Origin: Chiloscyllium plagiosum
Lineage: Eukaryota
Assembly (NCBI RefSeq): GCF_004010195.1
Contig: NC_057719.1
Location: 62,426,862 to 62,490,861, forward strand
Direction: 5' to 3'
DNA: 64,000 nucleotides
Shown here: piece by piece, positions 39,086 through 51,867 of the stretch
How the letters are laid out: each line of letters begins with the position of its first letter
How positions within the stretch are numbered: position 1 is the first letter of the stretch
Translations under genes and position numbers: made by a program
The notes under the pieces: model-generated
Database searches by the model: none
The model's input: only the letters and a program-made list of their open reading frames with translations
Told to the model about the DNA's origin: nothing

Positions 39086-41009
39086 TCCAGAGAATCTTGT
39101 GGAAGTGACTGAGGTCTCTGTTACAGAGTCAGTGAGACCCTGGCGTGACTCTCCTCTCAGGAAGGCCCATCAGGCATTTGGCAGACTGATGATGGGCCTA
39201 CTCTCAGATCAGACACCTTAGGAACACCGGTTCCATGTCAAGAACAGCTCAATAATCAGAGGCCTCATACTGAAGAACAACCTTGACACAAATGAGTGAT
39301 GTGGGGATTAAGTGCAGTAAAGGCACAAGGGGATGATTCTTAATGTGATTCCAACTACAGATTAGTTGGCAGTGGTCTCAACCTCGACCTGGTTAAACAC
39401 ACTCTCCCACATACTTGCCACATGGGAAGGTACAAGATTCTGCTCTCTTTTAATTTGCTTTCTGCTTTCCTGAAATTAATCTCCAATATTCATGATTCAA
39501 CCTTGCACATCTTGTCAAGATACCTTTGCAGCCAATGCCATATTATATCCTAGTCACGATTATTTCTGAAGCCCAGGGATTTGTGAATGGTGTGTTCCGG
39601 TTTGGGTGTTAGCTTGTTGATTTTTGTTCTTCACTAGGTGAAAGTGATATTCTGTGGAATCGTTTGGAATGATACATTTCTTTCTGGAAAGCGGGGGGTG
39701 TAGGGGGTGGTTTGTACCATTTTAAGTAACTCATAGAAGCATTTGTTTTATGAAGAAAGGATTCGTTTGTCAAGTTTCTTTGCCAGTGGAGGGTGACGGG
39801 CTGCCGTGGTTGTTCACCGTTTTGCTGCAAGGCACATGAATTATTTCTTTTCCTTGTGATTTTCCCAAGTCGGTGGTCTGACAAATACTTGTTATTTCTG
39901 TTTAAAAATGAGGTTTGAAAGGTCACTGGTATATTATGCTAGTGGCTACGAGAAATCCAAGGCATGTGCAGCAAATGCCAACATAAGAGATTGAATGACC
40001 ATTTTCTGAAAGACATAGTTTTTATAAAAAAGAAACCATATCAGGAATTCAAACTAACTGGTTCAGAGTTGAGTTATTAAGCTCATTGCTAAAGCCGCTG
40101 TGGGTCATTGCAGTGCTAATGCAGTGAAAATAATTTCTGCTTCGGCTGTGAGAGTTCTAACCAAGAAACAAGGTAAATAAATAGGTTTAATTATTAAACT
40201 AAATTGGCAATCCTCAGAATTCAAACCTAATGGAGTTTTATTAGTTTTTACTATTCCCTTTGCAATGGCTACGTGCTCTAATTTTCATATTGGTATTACC
40301 TCATTTCTGCTGGAGAGAGCCAATAGGTGTCTCAGACCAATGTTTACCATTAGGAGGAGGAGGGTTGTGATTAGCAATGGCAGACGTACTGGGATGACCT
40401 GCTTGCCGTCCAACTCCAGAAATGTAGAGGGAAGGTAAGGCGCTAAGTGTCACTTGTGGAATATATTTTGCTGAATGTAGGCCATGGTGCAACCCACGAC
40501 TGCTGCAGCTCCTTGGGGATGATGCACTTGACCATGTTATTTCTTTTCATTCAACTTCTCATTCCAGGACATCAGTTCAACAAAACTTGAGTGCAGGCCC
40601 AGAAAAACCAGATGTGGAGTTTTATTGTTGTGTTTTTGGCATCTCCTTCCTTCACCTTTTCCAACAATCCACTGGGATCCCTTTGTTAATTGCATGGAAT
40701 TATTCTGAAGCAAATCCAAGTTATTTTTTCGGTGCTTTAATTACCACAGTTTCTCAGCTGAAGTTGGCTCTTGAATTCAATATGTGTCCCCCACACAATT
40801 GAAAAATCGTAACAGAAGTGATAAAATTATGAGGATTGAAGCTGAAGAAACTGGAGAAGACGAGGAATTAGAGTTCTCTTCAGAACTTTAAATAATGTTT
40901 TGCACCAGTTTTGACATTCTCTCTTCTCATAATGCAAGTTAATTCAACCAGAAGGCAGTCAATGCAGACAGTCAATTCATATAATAGTTTGTCCATTCTA
41001 CTTTGGAAA

Positions 41010-41403
41010 TAGAACCATCTGAGTCCAGATCGGGATATAGACAGACTCTGACCTCATACCTTTATGACATTGTCTGGACTGAGATGTCACCGTATTTTAA
41101 ACATAAAATCTTAAGTTATCTTGAGAATGTGACTTCAAAGAAGTTCTGGGATTTACATATTATTGATCTGAAACCTGTAACCCATTCTAAAAGATGAAAG
41201 ACTTAACAATCCACGTTTGTTAAATATATCATTTTACTTACATGACACTGTAATCTTTTCCTATAAATTCTGTGTCTTATGGTCCTACTTCACAACCACC
41301 ACTTTGAAAGCCAGTGCTTCCAAATAAACTTGTTGGACTATGACCTCGTGTTGTGTGATTTTTAACTTTGTCCACCCCAGTCCAACACTGGCTCCTCCAC
41401 ATC
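41010..41403 (+). mobile_element. 3' UTR of another Penelope-like family, hammerhead core apparently deleted
   Basis: gaaagccagtgcttccaaataaacttgttggactat...actttgtccaccccagtccaacactggc terminus; recognised from memory only. Confidence 0.55.
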
Positions 41404-41779
41404 TAAGCTATTTCAAATGATTTTTCCTGTTTGTTTGCTGCAGTTGTAGTTCTTGTTGCCCACTGTTATCTTTTGTCATCTGTATTAATATGTAATGGAG
41501 TCCTTCTCTTTTGCAGTCAAAGAACAACTGGTCTGCCTGGAGTAGCCTTGTACGTTTGGTGTTTGAAGATAAGAAAATACCCCAAGACAAAAGGTATTGT
41601 GTTCTCTCCAAAGGGAGGTGGGATAAACTGAAATGCTTTCTGTTGATAGTAGCTGCTTCAGTGGAATTATTGTGGTGCAGCTTTCCAATGTACAGCCATT
41701 GTAAATGGCTCATTTTAAAGAGACAACAGAACCGAGATAAAAAGCATTTAGCTTCAGTATGTAACATGCATATTCTGTT

Positions 41780-43339
41780 TCACTTGCTTTACATCACGTT
41801 TTATGGTGGATTTCATATGAGCTGGAGTTGGTATGTAGTTAACTCATTCATTGCTTGTACGATTTCAGTTACAACATTGACAGCACCTTCAACAAATTGG
41901 GTGAATGCAATTTGCAGAGGCATCTCCTCTACCCACCCAACACGAACACCTCTCAACTGTAACTAGTGGAGCCTAAAAGCTCCCCGGGTTGGAGGGCTGA
42001 CCATCCCCAGCCTCCCCATTTGCTTTCTTGAATCTCCTGGCCAGCTCAAGAGAACATTGACATTAGGTTGGATGCAATTGTCTGTCCAGTCTCTCCGCTT
42101 GGGAACCAGTGACCATGTCACTGTGAAGGGAATGTTCAATACAGAATCTGTTGGATTTGCCCTTGCATTCTGATTTAAATACAACTCTAGTTTTCTATTG
42201 GTACACTGTCATTCGCTGTTCAATTATATGGGTATATTTTAGATTTAACAGTGATTTAGGCCGCGTTTGAATTTTGAATTTAATCTCTAGATAGGTGATA
42301 CTTTTGCCATCAGACGTGTAGCACATCTCCTTATGTCTTGGCTTCAGATCATGTTGAGTTGACAGCATCAATACATCGGTAAAAACAAGGACTGCAGATG
42401 CTGGAAACTAGCGTCTAGATTAGATGGTGCTGGAAAAGCACAGCAGGTCAGGCAGCATCCAAGGAGCAGGAAAATCGACGTCTTGGGCAAAAGCCCTTCA
42501 TCAGGAATAGAGAGACTGCTGCCTAGCAGTATAAAAACACTCTGTTGGTCCATTCTTTAACAGGCTTTCTCACAACAAATCCAGTGAGCATCTGGCCAAA
42601 GGTTATTCAACATTCTTTTTCTTTGCTGCTTATGCTGATGGCAGAAAGGGGCACACTTTGCTCGAGCTTAAGATATTTGGCCATGAAATCGTGACGTTGA
42701 CAATCCAGTGTGTCACAACAAAGGCATTGCACTTCAATCGCTATTCAATTCCAGTACACTTCTGTAAAATTAAGGAGTAACCTATTACTGCTCTTGCTTT
42801 AAGCAGAAGAATTACCAAATCATGGCATGATTGGTGTGTGGTTTGATGGGCCTTCCCAAGATTCTGTTTTGTACATCTCCATTTGCAGGTTTTAGCACAC
42901 TCAGGAGTCCGTTGTGAATTTTTGATGGTAACGGGATGCTGACCTGTGAATTCTTAATGTTCTTCTTCCCCTGTGATGGTCAGTGAGAGCTCTCTCTCAG
43001 AAGTGGTAATTACACAAAGTGTACAGCTGTCAGACGGAGGAGGGAAAGATAAAGTGGAGAGAGCCCAGGCAGTGGTGCATTAAATAATTCTGCTGCTGAG
43101 ACTGGATAGGTTCAAGACTTGTATTAACGGCTGCTGCAAAAAGTGGATGAGTCAGAGGAAAATGCAAAACATTGCACTGTGCTGTCAGATTGCAGGATTG
43201 TCTGTGAAACCTCATGCCCAGGAGTGGATGATCCCTCACTTGCTTTACATCACGTTTTATGGTGGATTTCATATGAGCTGGAGTTGGTGTGTAGTTAACT
43301 CATTCATTGCTTGTACGTTTTCACTTGAAACATTGACAG
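41780..43339 (+). repeat. 104 bp direct duplication (41780-41883 and 43236-43339)
   Basis: 5 mismatches over 104 bp by manual alignment. Confidence 0.95.
42378..42510 (-). mobile_element. Penelope-like 3' terminus
   Basis: Same family as 8187-8344; minus strand reads ctgatgaagggcttttgcccaagacgtcga. Confidence 0.8.
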
Positions 43340-45100
43340 ATTGAACTCAATCTAGGTGTAAGCATGGTTGACTATCGCATAGTTGAGTCTTGCATTGCAT
43401 GTAGCTTCCAACAATGCTCCTGGAATCCAACTCTGCTTAGAGGTATTCCAAGAGATTTCATCACATGACCTCCAAATAGCCGGCTCAGTTGACCTGCCAT
43501 CTTTGTCATTTCCAATATTTTAGTAGATGATTGATGTAGGAGTAATAGGAACAGGAGGAAACCACTTGAGCTTATTTCACCATTCTACATGTTTGTGGTT
43601 GAACCCTTATATTAATTCAACTCTTGCTGTTTTGCATGTGCGCGCGCGCACTCTCTCTCTCTTCTCTCTCTCACATAATGCCGTGCAGTAATATTCAGGA
43701 CATATGGCAAAATCTGGGTCTGTGACCTGGGCTATGACAAGATGTGTGCAAAATTGAGCAGCAAGTGCACCCAGGTCCATCTGTGTTGAGATCATCTTCC
43801 TCCCCTACGCTTTTTACTAACTGTGTGATGTGAGTCTCACTAAGCAGTGGTGAGATGCCATTGAATGGCCATTATTGCTTGTTCAACACTACCTTGATGT
43901 CAGAACTTTGCTTCATTAATATTCATGCTCCAATCTTGCCAAATAAGACAGACATTGGGGAAAACTCTCAGAAAAGCCAGACGGAGCACCTATTGGATTG
44001 GGTCTCCAACTTGTTCCAAATGACTGCCATGTTGGAAATGCACACTGACACCACTGGGCTGCTCCATAGGCAATGGCCACACACAGCCCATGCCAGCCAG
44101 TAAGAACCCTCATGACACATCTCCCATTCACATAAATTCTGCTTCTACACTTCACTTTGGGCTGCAATGGCACTACCAATGATCATTGTAATGATGCTAC
44201 AAGAGCATTTGGTGCTCAGGCCATGCATCTACCTCATACACTGGACCAGGCTACATCTCTGAACTAATCACTTGCTCGCGTAGCATCCCTGCACCTTAAC
44301 TTGACTTTCTGCACTTTACCCTCAGCTGGGATATCAGGCTATATTATTGTTGTCTTGCCATACTGTATTGCACAGACACTAAGACAGGAAGTTGTCTGCA
44401 GGCCTCAGTCAAGTCAAAGAGGATATAATTTGCTCGGGGGGGTTACAACACAGTATGTCAAGGAAAGCCTCTGAGACCAGGTCCTTCTTGCTCTGGTTAT
44501 CTGTCTTAAAGGGTAAAGAGTGAAATGTCACACAGTTCATCACTCACCTTGATGCTTTCTGCCTTTGTGTGGACTGTTTTCCTCCTGGAATTACAGTGTG
44601 TTAAGTAATCTGGGAGGTAAATTAGGTGCAAAGCTATTGTTGGTGCAAGGTGGAGCTGTGTCTTAAGCAAGTGAAATAGGCACTGTCGAGGGTTAATGGT
44701 GTCTGGAGTTAGGAAGATGTTGCATTGAGTATGATAGAGCATGAACGTTGGTGAGAGGTGGATACAGTGGCAGCGATAAGATGAATGAGTTACTGAAAAG
44801 ATGATTGTGTAACAATCTGGTGGAGTGAAGAGGCTCATTGACCTTCCAACAGAGTTGGCAATCCTCCAGATGACTGAGATTGCTTTAACCTGGACACCAG
44901 CTTTGGACAAGGTGTGCTATTCCATGGTCAGGACCTCCCTGCCCAGCAGGATCACCAGATTCCTACTCGCATTGTGGAGCGCTGACTTCCCTGAGTTTGC
45001 CTTGTTCTGGACAGGACAGCTCCAGACTAATGCGGATAGTCTGGGTGTACAGTGGGCTTTTAAAAATGCTGCAGGTGTAAGGAATGCTGGTGGATTCTGA
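43030..45100 (-). mobile_element. highly degenerate PIF/Harbinger element (Myb/SANT-like ORF followed by transposase)
   Basis: Myb-like remnants in ORFs 44917..45132 and 44506..44910 (QVKAISVIWR); transposase-like THLVIAQVTD..FA (43607..43795) and LLGMRF...CNVLH (43030..43272). Confidence 0.5.
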
Positions 45101-45439
45101 AATATCCACTGAGTGGTGAGTTTTTGTTGCAATGGGGACTTAGTAAATGGAATGGAACATGGACTTGAGAGGTGCCTTTTAGGGCATTGTAAGAATCAGT
45201 AAGGTGAGTTTGTTGAGATAGAACGAGAGAACTCTTCAGGCTTCATGACCATGAACCCTCCAAGGAACTCCACGTAATGTGGATAAATTCAAAAACAGAA
45301 AAGATTCAGCCTATAGTTACTAAAGGCCAAGCACTAAAGATCAACAGAAGCTGCATACAAATATGAAATCTTCTCTTTAAAGTAGAAATGTTGTGGGTTT
45401 ATTTTCTACTCATCAGTTTGTTATTGGAGCCAGGATGTT

Positions 45440-45960
45440 GGAGAAGCACAGGTTGAGAGGATTGAGTTAGGAGTTGTTGGGATCCAGGTCATTCCACAGC
45501 TCAAGGACGATTGGCTTGTCTGAACCCAAGCCACGGATCAGCAACAGAAGTGTCAATGGCAGCTCCATATTTTGGACAGGGCTTTGGGACAGAGAGACAG
45601 GGGGAGAGCAGCAGGGCTGGACAACACCTGTATTGGTGCTGGATGTACATATGGAGGAGGGAGAACTCACAGTCTCACCTGTTGCTTCTGCAGACTCCAT
45701 TTGGAGTAATTGCTGACCTCCATGAAGCCATGTGGCTGCCTCCTGAGCCATGTCCATGTAACTCTCATCCTCCCTCATGTATCAGAATTGATGAACTTTA
45801 GATTCCAGTTCAAATGTCTGAGGTCAGGTTTCTTGAGTTGGAGACACTTAACTAGAGATGAGGTTTCTAGGAATGTGACTCTTAATAAATTCCTACGTGC
45901 TGCAGTCACGAATTATTTTATGCACAGCCAGCTCTATCTTAGTTTTAAGTATTTAATTAA
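45440..45960 (-). mobile_element. CR1 ORF1 / 5' relic
   Basis: MREDESYMD..QEAAT resembles the CR1 ORF1 coiled-coil region. Confidence 0.5.
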
Positions 45961-46789
45961 ATAAAGTTTAATGTCATTAATTTCCATGGCTATTTTAGGA
46001 ATTATTTAATTATACATATATAAAATATTAGTTAATAGGTTCTTAGTTGTAAATATGTACTGTCTCTAGTTCATATAAACCAGAAAAAGTGTTAAAGTCT
46101 TTGTCCTGCACCAAATTTCCACTCTTACCAAATTCTCTGCTTGTCACATGGTTTATGGTGCTCTCTATAGAGGTTGCGATTTATGGTTATGCTATGCACC
46201 TTAGCTCAGAGCAATTTTTTTTTTACAAATCACAATATTTCTTATGCCTGTGATTTTTCTTTTGGTTTTGCTCACAGCAGTGTCAAGGAAATTAATCTTC
46301 AATTCCCAGAGAGTCCTGAACTATCCTACTGCATTCAGATCAATAACAGCTAGAGGGCTGGGCATAACAAAACTACTCCCCTGAGGAACCACTAGCATTT
46401 ACTGAGAAGAGGTTATTGTGTTTCGGTAATTGCTTCAATACTTTTCGCATCAGTACAAACTTGTTATGCACTTGTACGATTTATAGAATAAAATTATTTT
46501 CAGGCATTAACTGCCTTAACAATGTTGGACATACTTTGAAGACTAATAGTTGAGGATCATTTTATGACTTTAGATTTCACTTTATTTCTGTGCTGTTTTT
46601 ATTTTCTTTCAAGCTTCTGTCTGATTCCTTCCCTGCATGGCACACAATATGTAATGTTCCTTGAAAACAGAGTTTATGCTCTGCGTTTGCTCATTCTGTC
46701 AGTTTACCTGTTCGTCCGAAAAGGAAACACTTACCTTGAGCTCATTGTCTGATGACCATTTGTCACTTGAGGAACCGTGATGTTTATCA

Positions 46790-47010
46790 CACAACAAAAA
46801 CAGAAATTGCTGGAGAAGCTCAGCATGGCTGACAGCATCTGTAGAGGGAAAACATAGTTAATGTTTCGGGTCCAATGACCCTTTTCCCAAACTCGTCCTG
46901 AAAAGTTAACTTTTTTTCTCTGCGAACATGTTGCCAGACCTGCTGAGTTTCTCCAGCAATTTCTGTTTCTTTGTTTCAAATTTCCAGTGTCCACAGCTCT
47001 TTGATTTCTA
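46790..47010 (+). mobile_element. older PLE-type fold-back terminus
   Basis: Inverted pair acagaaattgctggagaagctcagca / tgctgagtttctccagcaatttctgt. Confidence 0.7.
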
Positions 47011-47144
47011 TTACTTTGATTTTTATATTGTCTTATGCTTGCCTTTCACTGGGTCCCTGTCGCATTCACAGCTTAACTACATTGCTATAATGATTGCTAT
47101 TTCCAGATTACATCCTTGATGTATTTTTCATTCGTGAATAATTA

Positions 47145-47430
47145 TTTTATTCGCTCATGAATGCGAGTGTCACTGGCAAGGCCAGCATTTGTTGTTCCTT
47201 GTTAACAGCTCCTAAGAAGGTGGTGATGAGCCCTGCCTTGAACTGCAGTAGTTCATTTGTTGTAAGAATTTTGATGCTGAAGATATAAGTTGTAAGTCAA
47301 GATGGTGTGCAATGTAGAGAACAGCTTGTAACAGGTGTATGTTTGTTCTACGAGGTGGCAGAAGCCAAGGGTATGGAAGGATCTGTCAAAGGAAGCTTAA
47401 CCGATTTCTGCAGTGCAACTTGTTAAGTAC
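47145..47430 (-). mobile_element. LINE 3' end (family of 4695-4960)
   Basis: Reverse-complement similarity (aagaaggtggtgatgagc..gccttgaactgcag). Confidence 0.55.
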
Positions 47431-48339
47431 AGTGGCTATAGTCCTGTGCATTTAGAAGAATGGATTAGGCCAATCTGAGCAGGTCATTTCAATTGCATGG
47501 AGTGTCCAATTGGAGGTTATAGTAGGTTTACAAGTCTAACTTGAGGTTAGAAGTTCTCAGCCATTAAGAAGTGGAAATGTGGAATAAGACTGTCAGTCAC
47601 TTTTTTGAATTGCTGGACTGATGAATACGTATGAAAAAGAAATGCTGCGTGAATATCTACGCAGGAAGCAAACTGGATGCGAGGTGGATACATGGTTTGC
47701 TGTATGAAACCTGATAGTTCCGGAACCGCCAAGGTATTGGAAAGAGCCATCGCAAGGTCAGACAGTAAGATCTAAGCTGATCAAGATTTTTCTTTGGTTT
47801 ATCTTTGAGGCAAGGAAATTATTCGCATGAACAGTATTATTCAAAGTCTGTGTAATGAATGGCTTTGATGACCTGAATAGTATCTTTTAGACTGTACTTC
47901 CTTTCATCATTAATTGTCACTGATTTTAAAATGTTAGTGGTTTCTAAGGAATTTAAAAATTCAAACCTGATCTTCTAGTCAAAAGATATTGGACACTGAT
48001 TCCACACTATGCGACTTTTCCTTGTCTCAAGATTAGAACAGATATGAGAGCAGCATTTTCTCTGAAAACATTTTCTTTATTCGTAAGCCTTCAGTGCGCA
48101 GCTTTGGAATGCAGTCAGTTAATGTTTGCCAATAAGTTGTTGTGGTCTACTTGACAAATGTCAAAGGGTGGCCTCAAAATTTAGTGGAGGTCCTGGGCCA
48201 GCTACAAGGGAGGATATATTGGGAAATGCAATTTAAAATAAAATGCTCTAGTGGTGTTGACAGATGGATGAATATCAAGCAGGGGAGTTTTGCTTTAGAA
48301 AAGAGTGCCATGGACTCTTGCACAAATGCCGGAGGGAGA

Positions 48340-48500
48340 GTGGGGGGTTCGATATGAATGTTTCCTTTGAAGGACAACATCTCCAACAGAGTGGTACTCC
48401 TTCAGTACTGCACCAGAGTGTCATCCTTAATTTTTCTATTTGAATACCTGTCCCATTGCAGCTTTAAGAGTCGACAGTGTTGTTCACTGAGCCACTGCAA
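48340..48500 (-). mobile_element. Deu-SINE 5' relic
   Basis: actccttcagtactgcaccagagtgtca...actgagccac (A-box on the minus strand). Confidence 0.5.
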
Positions 48501-49214
48501 TGACTTCTTCTCACGGTTAGCTTGTCACTGAAAGAATGAGTTTTTTTTTGACTATTTAAAATAAAGTCGCCTGAACCTTAGTTATGGTTTGTGCATTCAG
48601 ATCAGATGAAGGAATTAGTCTTCTCTTATACAGTGTTATGTGTTTTCAAAAGTAAGACTATAATTTGAGCTTTCTGTTAATATTTTATTAAGCATTGAAA
48701 TTGAAGAATGTGCTGAGGATACAGCATTAGTGGAAACAGAAATTCACTCTGCTGAGCAGGCATCAATTTGTTTTTTGTGGCTTTATTCTCTATAGAATAA
48801 GAATTGGGCTCCTGATTTCAGACAAACTTGATCATCCTAATTTAGCAGAAGGTTTATTGGAAATCAGACACCTGAAAGTGACTTGTGTTATTTTATTAAC
48901 ACCTTATTATATTCCCACAATTCGGTAGTGAGAGTGTTTCTCTGAGTATAAATGTTTTAAAACCTCATGTATCCTTTTATTTGAAAATAGTTCACACATC
49001 ATTTGCAAAGTGTTTTGCAGATTTGGGGTAATTGTGAATGGATTGGGTTGAGGAACATCAGTGGCTGGGGAATCGGTTAGTTCTAGTGACCTGGTGTCTG
49101 TAACAAATAATCTCAGATCAGATACATTGTAGACCAGATTGCAAAGAGAAGATTAAACCTCAACTCCAATCACGTGAAAGGCTGGAATGTGTGGGTTTTT
49201 TTGCAGTCTTTCTG

Positions 49215-49503
49215 ACACTCCTTAAACAGCACTGTCCAAACTCTCGAACACTTCCACCTTGAAGGACAAAGGCAGCAGATACATGGGAACACTGCCTGTA
49301 GGTTCCCCTCCAAGTCACTCACCATTCCGATTACAGGGTCAAAATCCTGGAACACCCACCATGAATTGTGGATGTTATTGTATCAAAACTTAGAATTTCT
49401 TCCCTAACGGAATTGTAGATCTACCTAAAGTAAATGGACTACAGTGATTCAGGAAGGTAACTGGGCACCACCTTATCAAGAAAAACTAGGAATGGGCAAT
49501 AAT
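49215..49503 (+). mobile_element. LINE 3' end (family of 4695-4960)
   Basis: gaaggacaaaggcagcagatacatgggaacactgcc...gggcaataa. Confidence 0.6.
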
Positions 49504-49504
49504 T

Positions 49505-50190
49505 CATAGAATCATAGAGTCCCCACAGTGTGGAAACAGGCCATTTGGCCCAAGTCCACAATGGCCTTCTGAAGAACATTACACCCAAACCCATCCCCCT
49601 ACCCTGTCCCTGTAACCCTGCAGGATCAACATGGCTAAAGCAGCTAACCTATGGGTGATTTAGAATTAGAATCCCTACAGTGAGGAAACAAGCCCTTCGG
49701 CCTATCAAGTCACACTGACCATCCCAAAGAGTATCCCACCCAAACCCATTCCCCATTACTCTATGTTTACCCCTGAATAATGCACCTAACCTACACATCC
49801 CTGAACATGATGGGCAACTTAGCATGTCTAATTCACCTAACCTGCACATCTTTGGATTGTGGGAGGAAACCGGAGCACCCGGAGGAAACACATGCAGACA
49901 CAGGGAGAATGTGCAAACTCCACACAGATAGTCGCCAAGGGCTGGAATTGAACCCAGGTCCCTGATGCTGTGAGGCAGCAGTGTTAACCACTGAGCCACT
50001 GTGCCACCCCTAGCATGGCTAACCTACCTAATTGTTAGACTGAGGGGAAACCAAATTATCTGGAGCGAACACATGCAGACACTGGGAGAATCGGCAAACT
50101 CCAAACATACAGTTGACACAAGGTTGGAATCAAACCAGAGTCCCTGGCAGTGTGAGGCAGCAGTGCTAACCACTGAGCTACTGTGCTGCC
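49505..50190 (-). mobile_element. nested HE1-like SINEs (full copy about 49658-50006 inside an older copy)
   Basis: Two tails (49505, 49660) and two heads (50006, 50190); catggctaa repeated at both junctions. Confidence 0.85.
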
Positions 50191-50320
50191 TGTGCTGGAC
50201 CAGTAATGAAGCCCAAATTCCATGACCGAATATAAAACACTTGAGTTACTAGCAATTCAGATATTAGGAGAATGTGTGGAGCATTACAAATGTACAACTC
50301 ATTCATTCGCATTTTGTCTG

Positions 50321-51810
50321 CATAGAGCATAGAACATTACAGCACAGTACAGGCCCTCGACATTGTGCCGACCTTTTATCCTACTCTCAGATCAAACTAA
50401 CCTACATACCTCTCATTTTACAATTATCCATGTGCCTATCCAAGTGTTACTTAAATGACCCTAATGTATCTGACTCTACCACCGCTGGCAGTGCATTCCA
50501 TGCACCCACCAGTCTGTGTGAAGAATCTACCTCTGAAATCACCCCTACACCTTCCCTCCAATCACCTTAAACATATGCTCCCTTGTGAAAGTCTTTTCCA
50601 CCCTGGGAAATAGTCTTTGGCTTACAACTCTATCTACACCTCGCACCATCTTAAACACCACTATCTAGTCACCTGCCACCCTTCTTCACTCCAATGAGAA
50701 AAGCTCTGGTTCCCTCAGCCTTTCTTCATAGCACATGTCCTCCAGTCCAGACAGCATCCAGGTCAATCTCCTCTGCACCATAGTTAATCCTTCCTTAAAT
50801 GAGGCAACCAGACCTGAACACAATATTCCAAGTGTGGTCTAACCAGGGATTTATTGAGCTGCAGTATAACCTTGACTCTTAAACTTGATCTCCTTGCTAA
50901 TGAAAGCCAACACCTCATATACCATCTTAACAACCCTATCAACTTTGAGGGATCTGTGTGTGTGTGGACCCCAAGATCCTCTGTTCCTCCACACTGCCAA
51001 AAATCCTGCCTTTAACCCTGTAATCTGCATTCAAATTTGAACTTCCAAAATAAATCACTTCACACTTTTCTGGGTTGAACTCCATCTGCACTTCTCATCA
51101 TCCCATCAATGTCCCTTTGTACCTAGCCACACTATCCACAACTCCACCAACTTTCATGTCATTGGCAAACTTACTAACGCACCCTTTCTCTTCCTCATCC
51201 AAGTTATTTATAAGCATCACAAAGAGCACAGGTCCCAGAACAGATCCTTGCGGAACACCACTGGTCACCAAACTCCAGGCTGAATACTTTCCATCTACGC
51301 CCATCCTCTATCTTCTGTAGGCCAGCCAGGTCTGTTTCCAGAAAGCCAAATTTCAATGTATACTATGCCTCCCTACTTTCTGAATGAGTTTACCACGGGG
51401 AACCTTATCAAACACCTTGCTAAAATCCATGTACACCACATCCACTGCTCTACCTTCATCAGTGTGTTGTGTGACATTCTCAAACAAGTCAATAAGGCTT
51501 GTGAGGCATGGCCTGCCCCTCACAAAGCCATGCCCTCTATCACCGATCGAGCTATGGTTTTTCAAGTAATCATAAATCCTGACTCTCAGAATCCTCTACA
51601 ATAATTGGCCCAACACCAACACAAGGTTGGTCTGTAATTCCCAGAGTTATCCCTATTCCCTTTCTTGAACAAGGAAATAAGAGTTGCCACCCTCCAATCA
51701 TCTGGCACGACTGTGGTGGACAATGAGGATGCAAAGATTGTTGCCAAAGATGCAGCAATCTCCTCCCTTGCTTCCCGTAGTAACCTTGTGTATATCCTGT
51801 CTGGCCTGGA
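50321..51810 (-). mobile_element. 5'-truncated CR1
   Basis: ORFs 51098..51304 ([10 protein letters not shown]) and 51353..51565 (YMDFSKVFDKVP); catagaa tail at 50321. Confidence 0.92.
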
Positions 51811-51867
51811 ATTATGCCAGTTCCCTCCACTGCAGTGGATGCAAGAGATGATGGGATTTGCAGTTTG

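Noticed and set aside
46729..46790. Minus-strand donor aag|gtaagt
   Set aside because: No convincing acceptor; it abuts a PLE relic.
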